A program made the translations under genes and the position numbers. From NCBI GenBank assembly GCA_023205875.1, contig CP060762.1, forward strand, positions 62,001 to 126,000: DNA of 64,000 bases. Reading direction: 5' to 3'. The notes beneath the pieces were generated by a model that was not told the DNA's origin, did not search any database, and saw only the letters and a program-made list of their open reading frames with translations. Origin of the DNA: Chloropicon primus (lineage: Eukaryota). Shown here piece after piece: positions 8,965 through 19,957 of this stretch (the stretch's first letter is position 1; the number at the start of each line of letters is the position of its first letter).

Positions 8965-11900
8965 ATGGAGTCGCTGCGGGATAAGCTGTTGAGGAGCCTG
9001 AGCAGCCAGGGGAGGGAGGGGTCTTGGTCGGAGACTTGTTGCGAAGGTGTGTCTGGGGAGGAGAAGGGGGATCGCTTGGACGAGATACTGAACAGGGAGT
9101 GCTGCGAAGGGCGGTGCGAGGAAGAGCACTGCGAGGAAGACTGCTGTGGGGAGGACGAGGACGACGAGACCGTGCCGCTGAGGGCTTGCGCCTTCAATGG
9201 CACGGTTGCGGACTTCTTGCGGGGGGAGAAACTGTGCTGCCGCCACAAGCACCTGAGCAAGCACTTTAACATGAACAGAATATTAGAGTACAGGTGGAGC
9301 TCGGGGGATGAGAGGACGGTCCGGGAGCTCTTCGAGCTGCGCAAGATGGGTGGTGGTGCACAGGATGATGCGGTTGGCCCAAAGCCCCGCGATCCCCCGC
9401 AAGTCCTGCGATCAAAGTTCATCGTGGAGGGAATGTGCTGCTCCGCGGAAGAGGGGCTCATCCAAGCCCTGGTGCAGAAGATGGACGGCGTGGAAAGGCT
9501 GGAGGTCAATGCCGTGACGAGGACGCTCCTCGTTTGGCACGACACCAACGCGGTCAAGGCGACGGCGATCCTGCAGCAATTGAACGAGGCCAAGATGGAG
9601 GCTCACCTCGCGAGCGTGGACAGGAAGGGAAAGAAGTGGACCGAGCACCTGCCGCCCTGGAGTGTCACCGCGTGCTGCTTGCTGACTCTCGTTTCCCTGG
9701 GAGGTTACAAGTACGACCCCATCAAGTGGTTCGCCCTGCCCGCCGTTGCGGTGTTCCTGCCTCAGCTCGTGCTGAAAGCCTGGAGCGGTGTCAAGAACTG
9801 CATGATTGGCATCCACTTCCTCATGATCATTGCCGTCCTCGGAGTGTTCGTGGTTGGAACCATGAACCATTCCACGGACATCATCGACGGAGGTGTGCTC
9901 ATCGCTCTGTTTGCAGTCTCCGAGTGGCTTGAGAGCAAGACTCTCGCCACCGCCAGGAACTCCCTCGAAGCTGTGATGGCCTTGAGGCCCGATGCTGCGG
10001 ATGTCGTCGGCGTTGGACTCGTGCCAGTGGAGGACGTCCACGTTGGCGACGTCGTTGCCATCCGACCCGGCGACAAGATTCCGGTCGACGGCGTTGTCGT
10101 CAAAGGGACCTCGGTCGTAAATGAGAGCTCTCTCACCGGGGAAGCCAGGGGCGTGGAGAAGGGAGAGGGCAGTCAAGTTTACGCGGGCACCGTGAATACG
10201 TCATCTTACCTGCAGGTTGTGGCCACAAAAGAGAGCGCTGACAGCACGGTCGCGAAGCTCGGGGATTTCATAGAGTCGTGTTCGATGCACAAGAGCAGCA
10301 CGGAGAAGATGGTGGAGAGCATAGCGAGGTACTACACCCCGCTCATCTTGCTTCTGGCGTTGTCGGTGGCAGGGGCTGCTTTCATTCCAGCAGTGGCACC
10401 GAGTGTGTCAGAACGCAATAGGTACATCAAGCTCGCTTGCAATCTCCTCGTCGCCGGGTGCCCCTGCGCCCTCGTTCTGTCCACGCCCGCTACAATGGTC
10501 TCGGGTCTCGCCGCAGCGGCAAACAACGGAGCACTGATCAAGGGAGGGCAGTACCTTGAGGTTCTGGGTTCCATGAAGCACTTGGCCTTCGACAAGACCG
10601 GGACGCTGACGGAGGGCAAGTACAGGGTCAACGGCATTGCGATGGCGAAGGGCAAGTCTGAAGATGATCTGCTGTACTGGTTGGCTTCAGTGGAGTCCCA
10701 ATCGTCCCACCCCATCGCCTGGGCAATCACAAAGTTGGCCAAGGAGAAGGGAATCAAGATTGCAGACCAGATCACAAACTACACCACGCTCGCGGGAGAA
10801 GGCGTGCGAGCAACGGTGCAGGGCAGCGAGGTCGTGGTGGGCAACATCAAAGTGGCCGCTAGGAATGGCTGGAGCTCTTCCGAAGTGTCCTCCCTGCGAG
10901 CACAGTACGAGTCCTGGGAGAGGCAGGGCTTCACCGTCTGCTGGGTTGGGGTTGAGGGTCAGGCTCTCGGTGTTTTCTCCGTGGCAGACATGGTGCGCCC
11001 TGGCACCAAGGCACTTGTCACCAAGTTGGTGAAGAGTCGTGTGAAGTGCTGGATCCTCACCGGAGATAACGAGGGAGCGGCCCTGAAGGTTGCCTCCAAG
11101 CTTCGACTGCGAGCAGATCGAGTGAAGTCTTCCCTCACTCCGGAGGATAAATACTGGCACGTGTCTTCGCTCAAGGAGGAGGAGGAGGCCGCAGGCAGGT
11201 GCTTCAAAGCGAGTGGAAAGGTGGGCATGGTGGGCGATGGAGTGAACGATGCCCCTGCTCTTGCGGGAGCTGATGTCGGCATCGCGATGGGTGCAGCTGG
11301 GACTCCAGTTGCAATGGAGACCGCCGACGTCGTACTCTTTTCCGACAATTTGCAGAAGCTGACGGACACAATCTCCCTCGCCAAGCTGTGCAGGCGCAAG
11401 ATTTTGGAGAACATCCTGATCAGCATCGCCATCAAGGCGAGCATCATTGTCCTGATCTTTTTGTACGAGGACTTTTCCATCGTGTACAACATCCTTAGCG
11501 ACGTGGGGGGCGCTCTTCTCGTCATCACGAACGGGCTCTCCGTGATGTGGAGCTGGAAGTCCGTGAAGCGGTCCTTGATGGCATTGACGGGCGGCGGAAA
11601 GGACGCGGAGTGCAGCGCCAAGAGGAAGGACAAGACGCTCAACAAGGCGTCCTGTGGGGGCGGTGGGTGCTGCGGAGGTGGTGGCGGCTCGCAGGAGAGG
11701 GAGGAGGAGAAGCCCAAGGAAGCAGAAACGTCCTGTGGGGGCGGTGGATGCTGCGGAGGTGGTGGCGGCTCGCAGGAGAGGGAGGAGGAGAAGCCCAAGG
11801 AAGCAGAAACGTCCTGCGGGGGCGGTGGATGCTGCGAAGGTGGTGGCGGCTCGCAGGAGAGGGAGGAGGAGAAGCCCAAGGAAGCAGAAACGTCCTGTGG

Positions 11901-12344
11901 GGGCGGTGGATGCTGCGGAGGTGGTGGCGGCTCGCAGGAGAGGGAGGAGGAGAAGCCCAAGGAAGCAGAAACGTCCTGTGGGGGCGGTGGATGCTGCGGA
12001 GGTGGTGGCGGCTCGCAGGAGAGGGAGGAGGAGAAGCCCAAGGAAGCAGAAACGTCCTGCGGGGCGGTGGATGCTGCGAAGGTGGTGGCGGCTCGCAGGA
12101 GAGGGAGGAGGAGAAGCCCAAGGAAGCAGAAACGTCCTGTGGGGGCGGTGGATGCTGCGAAGGTGGTGGCGGCTCGCAGGAGAGGGAGGAGGAGAAGCCC
12201 AAGGAAGCAGAAACGTCCTGCGGGGGCGGTGGATGCTGCGAAGGTGGTGGCGGCTCGCAGGAGAGGGAGGAGGAGAAGCCCAAGGAAGCAGAAACGTCCT
12301 GTGGGGGCGGTGGATGCTGCGGAGGTGGTTCACAAGAGACATAG
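8965..12344 (+). CDS. P1B-2 heavy-metal (Zn/Cd) P-type ATPase, HMA2/HMA4-like, with Cys-rich N-terminus and tandem-repeat C-terminal tail; 1-nt frameshift near 12061
   Basis: HMA domain GMCCSAE, TGE, CPC, DKTGT, HP, TGDN and GDGVNDAP. Restoring one G in repeat copy 6 keeps the Cys-Gly repeat frame to the stop at 12344. Confidence 0.9.
11650..12329 (+). repeat. Coding tandem repeat, 81-bp unit (SCGGGGCC[G/E]GGGGSQEREEEKPKEAET), 8 full copies plus a partial ninth
   Basis: Units start at 11650, 11731, 11812, 11893, 11974, 12055 (80 bp), 12135, 12216 and 12297, and are near-identical. Confidence 0.97.
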
Positions 12345-12561
12345 CATTAATAATGATACTCGTCAATCGTTTTTTGTCCCAGCTCCCCCCCTCCTTTTCC
12401 ATGGGATCAATCAATCCTCCAAAATGCCCGTTTGAAAATCGAATCGAAACGCTCCGCTCGCTCGCTGGCCGTTGAGGGGAGAAAGCGGAGGACGAGCGGC
12501 GACGAGGGCGACGACGACGAAGGCAGAAGGACAAGGAACGAAGGGAAGGACTTGAATTACC

Positions 12562-14317
12562 ATGCTGGTGGAGCACTACCGCAGGCTTCATCGCATCATG
12601 CGATCCCCGCGCCACGCGTGGTGGCCTTACGGCGGGGCGGACTGGAACATGCTGGCGCTTTGGACTCTGCTCATCAACGCCCCGCCGAGGGAGGAAGCGC
12701 TGAGGGCGTGCTCAGCGAGCAAGGTCGTGAGGGAGCTCAACGGCAGCGTCAGGGAGCGGTCTCGCTCTCTCAAGGTAAGCCCCTTCCCCTTCCACTGGAA
12801 GAGTTGTAACGGCCGAGGAAGCGTTTCGACACGACTAACCGCGATTTTTTTCTCTTTTGGGTTGAATGGTGTTGTTCTCTGCTATTTCACGTCGCCCTCA
12901 CGACGACGACGGTGCGCAATGACAGGCTCTGTTCAAGTGCGGCTTCATCTTCATCATGCCGATCATGGGCTGGTTCTTCCTTCCCATCTTCTCGCTGCTG
13001 GCTCTCATGAAGGGCAGGCGCGTGAGCGTCGTGAGCGCCATGCGCCTGGCCCTGTGCAGGGTCGACTGCTTCATGTACCCCATCATAGAGGACTGGGCGA
13101 GGGGCCAAGGGTCGGTCAGGGTCCTGGCCCAGGCGATCATCCACTTCAGCCTGGTCGACGTGTACCGTATGTACTCCCTCTTCATCAGGGCGGCCCACCA
13201 CTTGATCGACGTGTACAACGCCCCCGACCACGGCAAGGTTCAGGACAAGCTCACCTTCTACAGGATGTGCAAGGAGATCGGGCTTCCCTGCGCCGCTCCC
13301 CTGACGCCTGAGGACATCAAGAACTTGAAGCCAAAGGACATGCCGCTCTTCATGAAGCCGTCCAACGAGCAGGAGGCGGTGGGTGCCAAGGTGGTCGAAG
13401 TTGTGGACGACCCGGACCTCCAGAGGGCCGTGGACAAGCCTGACGAGTGGGTCGTGCAGAAGAAGCTCAGGAACTGCGACTTCCTCAGGCAGTACTTCCC
13501 GAACAACCCCCCTCTGTGCGGCGTGAGGATCACCACGGTGATGACAAAGAGCGGGCCAGAGATCCTCGAGTCCTGGATCAGGGTCGGAGCCGAGAACGCC
13601 ATGGCGGACTGCCCCTTCTCCGCGGGGGGCTGCGAGTTTGCCATCTACTCTGAGACCGGCGTGGTGTGGCAAGGGTCTGACGAGAAGCACATGAAGGTGC
13701 TGGACTCGAGCTTGGAGCCCTCCCTGACCATCTCCAACGGCGCCAAGAAGCCGATCGGAGGCGTCAAGATCCCAAACTGGGAGAAGAGCTTGGAAATGTG
13801 CAAGAAGGCCCATAGGGAGATGGCCCCCGAGGCGTTTACCATCGGCTGGGACGTCGCCCACACCCCGGAAGGCCCCTTCATGGTCGAGGCGAACCTGATC
13901 TCGAATGTCGGATGCTTCATGGGACTCAGGTACGGCTCCATGGCCCACGTCTGGCCGAGGGTCCCCTTGATGTGGCTGGACCTGGCGCAGTGGATGGAGG
14001 GCAAGTCGGATTTCCCACCAACCCCGCCCAAGGTGAAGGTGGACGGCATCAAGTCCGCCATCAAGGAGTCCGAGTGGCTGCTCAAGTGGGCGACCAAGGC
14101 CAAGGACGACCTCGCCAAGAAGATCAAGCGCTGCAAGGAGAAGGACCCCGAGAAAGCGAGCCCTTGCCTGACGAGGATGGAGACGCAGCACCTTCTCAGG
14201 GAGGGCGAGGTCAAGGGCTTGGGCATCGAGCTCGAGGCGCTGAAGGCCTACCTCGGAGAGACGGTCCAAGTCAAGCAAAGTCTTAGCAGGGAGCCAAGCG
14301 GCCCTGTCAGTGCCTGA
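12562..14317 (+). CDS. ATP-grasp ligase, sugar-transfer-associated ATP-grasp-like; exons 12562-12774 and 12926-14317
   Basis: GTAAGC donor at 12775, CTAAC branch near 12835, CAG acceptor at 12925, in-frame join. Motifs DKLTFY..C...GLP, FMKP, VVQKKLRN, VRITT, IPNWE and IGWDVAHTPEGPFMVEAN. Confidence 0.75.
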
Positions 14318-14387
14318 AGAATGCCAGCGGTTAGGTTTAGGGGTGTGTAAATAATCGGTTTTGCGATTTAGTACAACAAGTGTTTAC

Positions 14388-15512
14388 TCATGCACGTGGT
14401 TTGAGTCCGAACCAGAAACCATTGCTCGACGAGGGCAAGTCATTGTCCGCGTTGATTTTCCTCAAGGGCTGCCTGAACCTCCTGTTTGGCTTCACGCTGA
14501 GAAGCGTGCTTGGGCGGGCACCCAACGCTTGAAGAACTTGCGCGCCCCGCAATGCCGCTTCCTCGCAGTAGTCCGTGGTCAAGAACGGCACCCCAGTCAG
14601 CTCGAGGATCAGCTGAATGGTTGGGATCCAGGAGGTGTAGGCCGCGAGGCCGGAGTTCTGAGCGAAAATCACGTCGGGTGACCCCACAGCCTCAAGCAAG
14701 GCCCGGTCATAAGCAGGGGCCCTCAGGCACTTGGCGGACACCGAGTGAGGGGTGTTGCGTGCCCCGTCCTCTGCATCAAAGTCAAGCCGGTACCCGATGG
14801 ATCGCCCTCCCACGTCATTCCGTTTCAAGAGCATGGCCTTGCCGTGCAGGTGATCCGGCACCCGGGGGCCCATGCAGACCAGTTCGACTCGCTTCCCGGG
14901 AAAAAATTCGCCCAACTCGGCGAGGCACGCGAGGAAAGTCAACTCTTCGTCGACTCCGAGCAAGTGGATCCGAATCACGTCTTCCCTTGTGCCCGCCAGC
15001 AAGCTGTCCAAGCACTCTGCTTCCTTGAGCAAGCTCACGATTGTGAGCGACGTGTGCAGAGCAAGGCCTGCGGGGGACTCCGCTCGGATCGACCTGGAGG
15101 CGTAGAACTCCGTCCACCCATTGGAGGCCGCGCCAGCCTCTGCGCAGACGCTGCTTGGGAATCCGCGCTCGACGTCAAAGGAGCAAACTAGAGGAAACCC
15201 TTCCCTCTCCGACCACCGGAGAGTGCAACCTCCAGTGCCCCCCGCCGCCTTGAACGCATCAACCAGTGTCCGCTCTCCGGAGGCGTAATCCCGCCAGGGC
15301 CACGCCCCGTCGAAAGACCCGTCCATCCCTTGGCCCTCCTCCCTCTGCCTCCCCATCCTTCGACACTCCTCCTCATCGTGCCCGAGCCTCTCCGTGCAAA
15401 CCCTCCAGTGCTCCTCGGAGCAAAAGTACAACGCCCTGCAACCAGGGCACTTCACCACCTCCGACACCGAAACCCTTTTCGAGCACACCGTGCACTCGAG
15501 GTCATCCACCAT
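14388..15512 (-). CDS. MYND zinc-finger protein with MSS51/ZMYND15-like C-terminal domain
   Basis: CxxC...CxxC...YFCSEEH...H...C, then IHLLG..EE, PDVIFAQNSGL..Y.SW.PT and N.RFRQP. Confidence 0.8.
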   Translation of the reverse strand: MVDDLECTVCSKRVSVSEVVKCPGCRALYFCSEEHWRVCTERLGHDEEECRRMGRQREEGQGMDGSFDGAWPWRDYASGERTLVDAFKAAGGTGGCTLRWSEREGFPLVCSFDVERGFPSSVCAEAGAASNGWTEFYASRSIRAESPAGLALHTSLTIVSLLKEAECLDSLLAGTREDVIRIHLLGVDEELTFLACLAELGEFFPGKRVELVCMGPRVPDHLHGKAMLLKRNDVGGRSIGYRLDFDAEDGARNTPHSVSAKCLRAPAYDRALLEAVGSPDVIFAQNSGLAAYTSWIPTIQLILELTGVPFLTTDYCEEAALRGAQVLQALGARPSTLLSVKPNRRFRQPLRKINADNDLPSSSNGFWFGLKPRA

Positions 15513-15907
15513 CCTCTACCCTCCCTCCGCCATCACGTTCCTCGTCCCCAAATCCTCACCACCGCTTCGTTTTTTTCGAGCGACGGCTCTACGGAAAGAG
15601 CAAGGAGCGATGCTTCCAAAATTTCTGGTTCCCTTCCCCCCTCATCCTCCTCCTCCCTCACGCCGGCGCCAAACGCTTCCTCCCTCGGGCTCCTCGTCTG
15701 TCCAGGTCACCACCAACGAGACCCTCACAATCCTCTCCCATCAGGATAAGTTTGGATAACGTTTGGATAAGAGGGGCGAGGGGAAGAGAGGGGAAGAGAG
15801 GGGAAGAAGAGAGTGATACAGGCGGAAGCATCGTCTTTTTCTCTTTCGAACGACCACTCGCGTGAAAGGAACGGTGGTCTGGTGAGGATTTGAGGACGAA
15901 GAACGTG

Positions 15908-16567
15908 ATGGCGGGGGCACGCGTGCGAGTGATGCAGATGGAGGAGAGGCACCTGGAAGGGGTGGAGGCGCTGCAGACGGAGTGCTACCCGACGATGGCA
16001 GACTACGAGAAGATAACGGCGAAGCACGCGGCGAGGCACCTGGAGTTGTTCCGGCAAGGGCAAACGGTGGCCATCGACGAGAGCAGCTCGAGGGTCGTGG
16101 GGATGAACTCGGGGTTCCTCCTCAGCGATTTCGATTTCGACAACCCGGACCACAGCTTCCAGGAGGTGACGAGTCATCTGTGGTACACATCGCACGACCC
16201 CTGCGGAGAGTACTACTACGGGGGTGACATTTGCGTCTCGCCTTCTTACAGGAAGCAAGGCATCGGCAGGAAGCTCTACGACAGCCGAAAGGGGATCGCG
16301 AGGGAGCTGAACAAGAAGGGGATCCTGGCCGGGGGGATGCTCACGGGGTTGCTCAAGCACAGAAAGTCCCTCGGGCAAGGGGAGGAATGCACTGTGGAGG
16401 AGTACGTGGAGAAAGTGAGGGCTGGCACCCTCGTGGACCCGTCCTTGACTTTTCAAATGAAATGCGGGTTTCAAGTCAGAGGCTTGATGAAAAGCTACAT
16501 AGAAGACGAATCTTGCTGCAACAGCGCGGCGCTGATCTACTGGGAGAATCCGGACTACTGCGGCTGA
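15908..16567 (+). CDS. GNAT-family N-acetyltransferase, bacterial YkwB-like type
   Basis: Acetyl-CoA motif VSPSYRKQGIGRKLY and C-terminal DPSLTFQ..GF.V...WENPDY. First ATG at 15908. Confidence 0.85.
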   Translation: MAGARVRVMQMEERHLEGVEALQTECYPTMADYEKITAKHAARHLELFRQGQTVAIDESSSRVVGMNSGFLLSDFDFDNPDHSFQEVTSHLWYTSHDPCGEYYYGGDICVSPSYRKQGIGRKLYDSRKGIARELNKKGILAGGMLTGLLKHRKSLGQGEECTVEEYVEKVRAGTLVDPSLTFQMKCGFQVRGLMKSYIEDESCCNSAALIYWENPDYCG

Positions 16568-16726
16568 AGCCTGGTCTGCAAGCTCGCCGAGCTCGTCCAC
16601 CCTTTCCATGCAAAAAGAAGGCGTAAGCTTTGGTGGTAGAAAGTTTTATTTTCAACATGCAACATGCAAAAAGCTTGCTCAAAACAACATGCAAAGGAGG
16701 GATCCCACCGGAGGAGGCGTCCCCAA

Positions 16727-19700
16727 TTAGTTTCCGCCGGCACCCGTACTTCCAGAAGCATCGCCGTCGCTGACAGCGGAGCTGGCGGTTGGCCCGAAAG
16801 CGGCTTCTCCGTCGACTCTGAAAAAGCCATCGGCGGAGGCGTCCGCTCCCCGGAACCCTGCGTACACACCAACGTTGGCCGCGGACTCTCCGTAGAGGTC
16901 AAGGCCAGCGACGGCGTTGCCGCCGGGAACACCGCCGTAGCCATCCGCCGTCCCCGATGCCGTGCCTTGGGCGGAAAAGCCTGCATCACCGACGGCAATT
17001 CCAAAGGCGCCGTCATCGGAATTCGATAAAGCATCCGCGGCCCCGAAGTCCGCTCCCCCGATCTCCTGCTGGGCGTCTCCCATGGCAAAGCTGACGCCTC
17101 TGGCAACGGCGGCCGCGTAGTCCAAGTAAGAGGACCAGTCATCCACGTAGAAGTCCAAGGCCTGGGCCCCGGCATTCGAGAGGGTGACGCCCATGCCAAT
17201 GGCTTGGGCCTTGGCGTAGTCGTCCCTGGCGTCGTCCATGCCAAAAGCCGAGGAAATCTCGGCGGCGTAGTCCTGGGCAAGGGCGGTGTCGTAGCTTCCG
17301 TAGAGACCCCCGTCCGGAGTGAGTCCGATGTACTTGCCGTAGTCTCCCTTCTCAAAGTACACGGATCTCGTGTTGGTGTCATACGAGTAACTCGAGCTCG
17401 AGATCAGATCCGCAACGAGGTCTGCGTCAACGTCGTTTCCGCCCATGTTCTTCGAGGCAATTGGTGAGACCATGCCTTCGCCCTCCACACTCGTCTCGAG
17501 CCCAATGGTAGCCGACGCGCCAATTCTGTCTCCGACGATCACCGCCTCGGCAGACGCCGTGTCATCCCTGTAGACTCCGGCCGCCGTGGCCTTCTCGTCG
17601 TAGACTCCGATCTCGTAAGTGAGCTCTCCCGCGCTCGAAACGGAGCCACCGGCAACAGCCAGATCGGCGCTGACATCGCCCACAACCTCAGCACCAGACA
17701 GGTAGTCAATCTCGCCTTCAAGGGGTTCGCCTTGGATGGAGGCCTTGGATCCGGCTAGTGCCTTCCCGTCCACGATCCAGGTGGTGGACGGTGTTGTAAA
17801 CTGACCACTCTCTCCCGCAAGGGTGACAGTCGCCGAGCTGCCATCGTTAACGTCGGCGACAGCGACGCCGCCCGTATTGCCGCTGGCACCGGCGCCACCA
17901 GCAAACTGACTCGTGCTGGTCATGGCATCCAAGGCTGCCCGGCCCGAGGACGTATCTCCATCGCCCATCAGAACGAAAACCGTGGATTCGGCGATGATGT
18001 CTCCCTCCACGAGGCCGTCAGGGCTCACCTCCAGAAGGTTCATTTGGAGGCCCCCCGCCATAGTCTCCGCAGCCGTGATGCTAACGCCCGAAGAGAATTG
18101 TCCTTGTCCAGCCGCCTCAATGTCCTGAGAGGCCGTCCCCCTGGTCGTGGCTTGGCTCCCACCGACGATAGTGAAGCCGTCGGAGTCGACCAGCATGCTG
18201 CCCCCGGAGAAGTAATCCCCGTACGCGCTGTTGGCAGAAATCGAGCCCATGGATTCGGTCTCGTCCGCCTCGCTGAAGGCCATGAGGCTTCCCTCGGTGT
18301 CCCCGGAGCCCGAAGCTCCTGTTTCGTCGACGCCTGGGGGGATATCGACCTGTGTCGTGGATTCGAGCTCGAGGCCGGTCTTGGTGAACGAGGAGACCTC
18401 GCCGCTTCCCTCCGAGGAGACCTCCCCTTCGATCTTGGACTCTGCGACTCGCTGGCTGACTCGCGCGATGCTGGGGATTTGGCCCATGCAACCCTCGCTC
18501 CCGCATGCACCCCCGCTCAGCGTGGTGGATTGTCCATCTCCGCTGACCGTGCTGCCGGTCATCGAGAAGTCGGATCCGTCCGCCATGACGACGTCGGAGA
18601 CCTTGATGGCGTTCTTGTCGGTGCTGACCGTCCCGTCCAACGCGCTCACGGCGGCCACCTCGTTGCTGGCTTCGAGGTCGATCGCGGCCCCGGAATCCGT
18701 CCCGGATCCACGGGCGAAGGAGTCCAAGGCGAACTTGTTCGTCTGCACGGTTCCACCGAACAAGCCGTTCGCGATGCCGACTCCGACGCCGCCTCCGACG
18801 CCCCTCACCACGGACACCGCGTCCTCCGCTGTGGTGTCGACGCTCGACTTGGCCATGATCATGCCGAGCCCGGAGACCGCGAAGGTCCTCCCGGTGGCGT
18901 CCGCGTCGGCGTCGGCAGCCAGCCCGAGGTCGCTCCTCAGGGTCGCGCTGATGCCAGCGCCCACGCCAGCGGCGTCGGAGGTGAGACCGGTGTCGTAGTT
19001 GGCCCTGCCCGTGTAAGCACCGAAGCCAGTGGACTTGGCCGCGACGTTGGCGTCGGCCGAGTAACCGGCGTCCTGCTCGGTCAAAAAGTTACTCTCGGTG
19101 CCCCCCATGAAGCTGAAGACGGCATCGGCCTCGGCGTTCTCGGTGGTGGAGGCCTCGAGGGTCGCCACGCCGGCCACCGCGGCCTCGCCCTCAACGGACT
19201 CGGAGGTCGCTTCGAGCTCAAACCCCGCGAAGACTCTCCCCTCGCTCTCTTGGCCGAGCGCCTGGTCGTCCGTGTAGCTGTCCGCCCCGATGTAGACGTC
19301 GGCGTCCGCATTCGCAAAGTCCCCACGGGACTCGGACGCGTAATCGGCCATCACGTCGGCGACGTCCTCGGCGATGTCCAAGGCGAGGCTGGCGAAGGAC
19401 CTGGAGGCTCCCCCGGTGGCGCCGATGCTGAAGGAGCCGACGTCGATGGAGCCTCCGCCGCCCGAGGACGCCGCGGCGTTCCTGGACGACGAGGACTCTC
19501 GCCCCCCGTTGCTGACGTACACGGTCGAGCCCGCATTGCCCTCGCCGGTGTAGCTGGCGTCCGCCTCCCCGGAGAAGGCATTGCCCATGAAGGAGGTGAC
19601 CGCGGAGGCCGAGGCCGAGGGGCCGATCGCTCCCGAGGACGCGATCGCGACGCCGTCGTCGTTCGAGACCTCCGAGTACGCGTCCGTGGCGAACGAGCTT

Positions 19701-19957
19701 CCGAGGTCCTCCAGGTTGTCCGAGACGTCCAGGTCGGAGCTCGCTTCCGCCGTGGCGGACTCCTCATCCGCCGAGGAGGAAGACGTGGTCGAGGCCGAGA
19801 ACGACGCGGGGCCCATTCCCGAGAAGGAACCCCCTCCCGAGGACGAGGCATCGGCTTGGTTCAGGAGCGAACGCAAGCGCAAGGTTTGCTGCTCGGCGGC
19901 GGCGAAGGAGACCAACACCGCAAGAACGAGCACCGCCGCAAAGGCGACCTTCTTCAT
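16727..19957 (-). CDS. Large (about 1076 aa) secreted, acidic Ala/Gly/Ser/Asp-rich protein, probably structural cell-surface or wall protein
   Basis: Signal peptide MKKVAFAAVLVLAVLVSFAAA. Long single ORF with genome-typical codon usage, no TM anchor or catalytic motif seen. Alternative ATGs up to 19984. Confidence 0.8.
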   Translation of the reverse strand: MKKVAFAAVLVLAVLVSFAAAEQQTLRLRSLLNQADASSSGGGSFSGMGPASFSASTTSSSSADEESATAEASSDLDVSDNLEDLGSSFATDAYSEVSNDDGVAIASSGAIGPSASASAVTSFMGNAFSGEADASYTGEGNAGSTVYVSNGGRESSSSRNAAASSGGGGSIDVGSFSIGATGGASRSFASLALDIAEDVADVMADYASESRGDFANADADVYIGADSYTDDQALGQESEGRVFAGFELEATSESVEGEAAVAGVATLEASTTENAEADAVFSFMGGTESNFLTEQDAGYSADANVAAKSTGFGAYTGRANYDTGLTSDAAGVGAGISATLRSDLGLAADADADATGRTFAVSGLGMIMAKSSVDTTAEDAVSVVRGVGGGVGVGIANGLFGGTVQTNKFALDSFARGSGTDSGAAIDLEASNEVAAVSALDGTVSTDKNAIKVSDVVMADGSDFSMTGSTVSGDGQSTTLSGGACGSEGCMGQIPSIARVSQRVAESKIEGEVSSEGSGEVSSFTKTGLELESTTQVDIPPGVDETGASGSGDTEGSLMAFSEADETESMGSISANSAYGDYFSGGSMLVDSDGFTIVGGSQATTRGTASQDIEAAGQGQFSSGVSITAAETMAGGLQMNLLEVSPDGLVEGDIIAESTVFVLMGDGDTSSGRAALDAMTSTSQFAGGAGASGNTGGVAVADVNDGSSATVTLAGESGQFTTPSTTWIVDGKALAGSKASIQGEPLEGEIDYLSGAEVVGDVSADLAVAGGSVSSAGELTYEIGVYDEKATAAGVYRDDTASAEAVIVGDRIGASATIGLETSVEGEGMVSPIASKNMGGNDVDADLVADLISSSSYSYDTNTRSVYFEKGDYGKYIGLTPDGGLYGSYDTALAQDYAAEISSAFGMDDARDDYAKAQAIGMGVTLSNAGAQALDFYVDDWSSYLDYAAAVARGVSFAMGDAQQEIGGADFGAADALSNSDDGAFGIAVGDAGFSAQGTASGTADGYGGVPGGNAVAGLDLYGESAANVGVYAGFRGADASADGFFRVDGEAAFGPTASSAVSDGDASGSTGAGGN

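Noticed and set aside
11650..12329. Possible CRISPR-like array (also 56451-56995)
   Set aside because: The units are wholly repeated with no unique spacers, there are no cas genes, and the context is eukaryotic.
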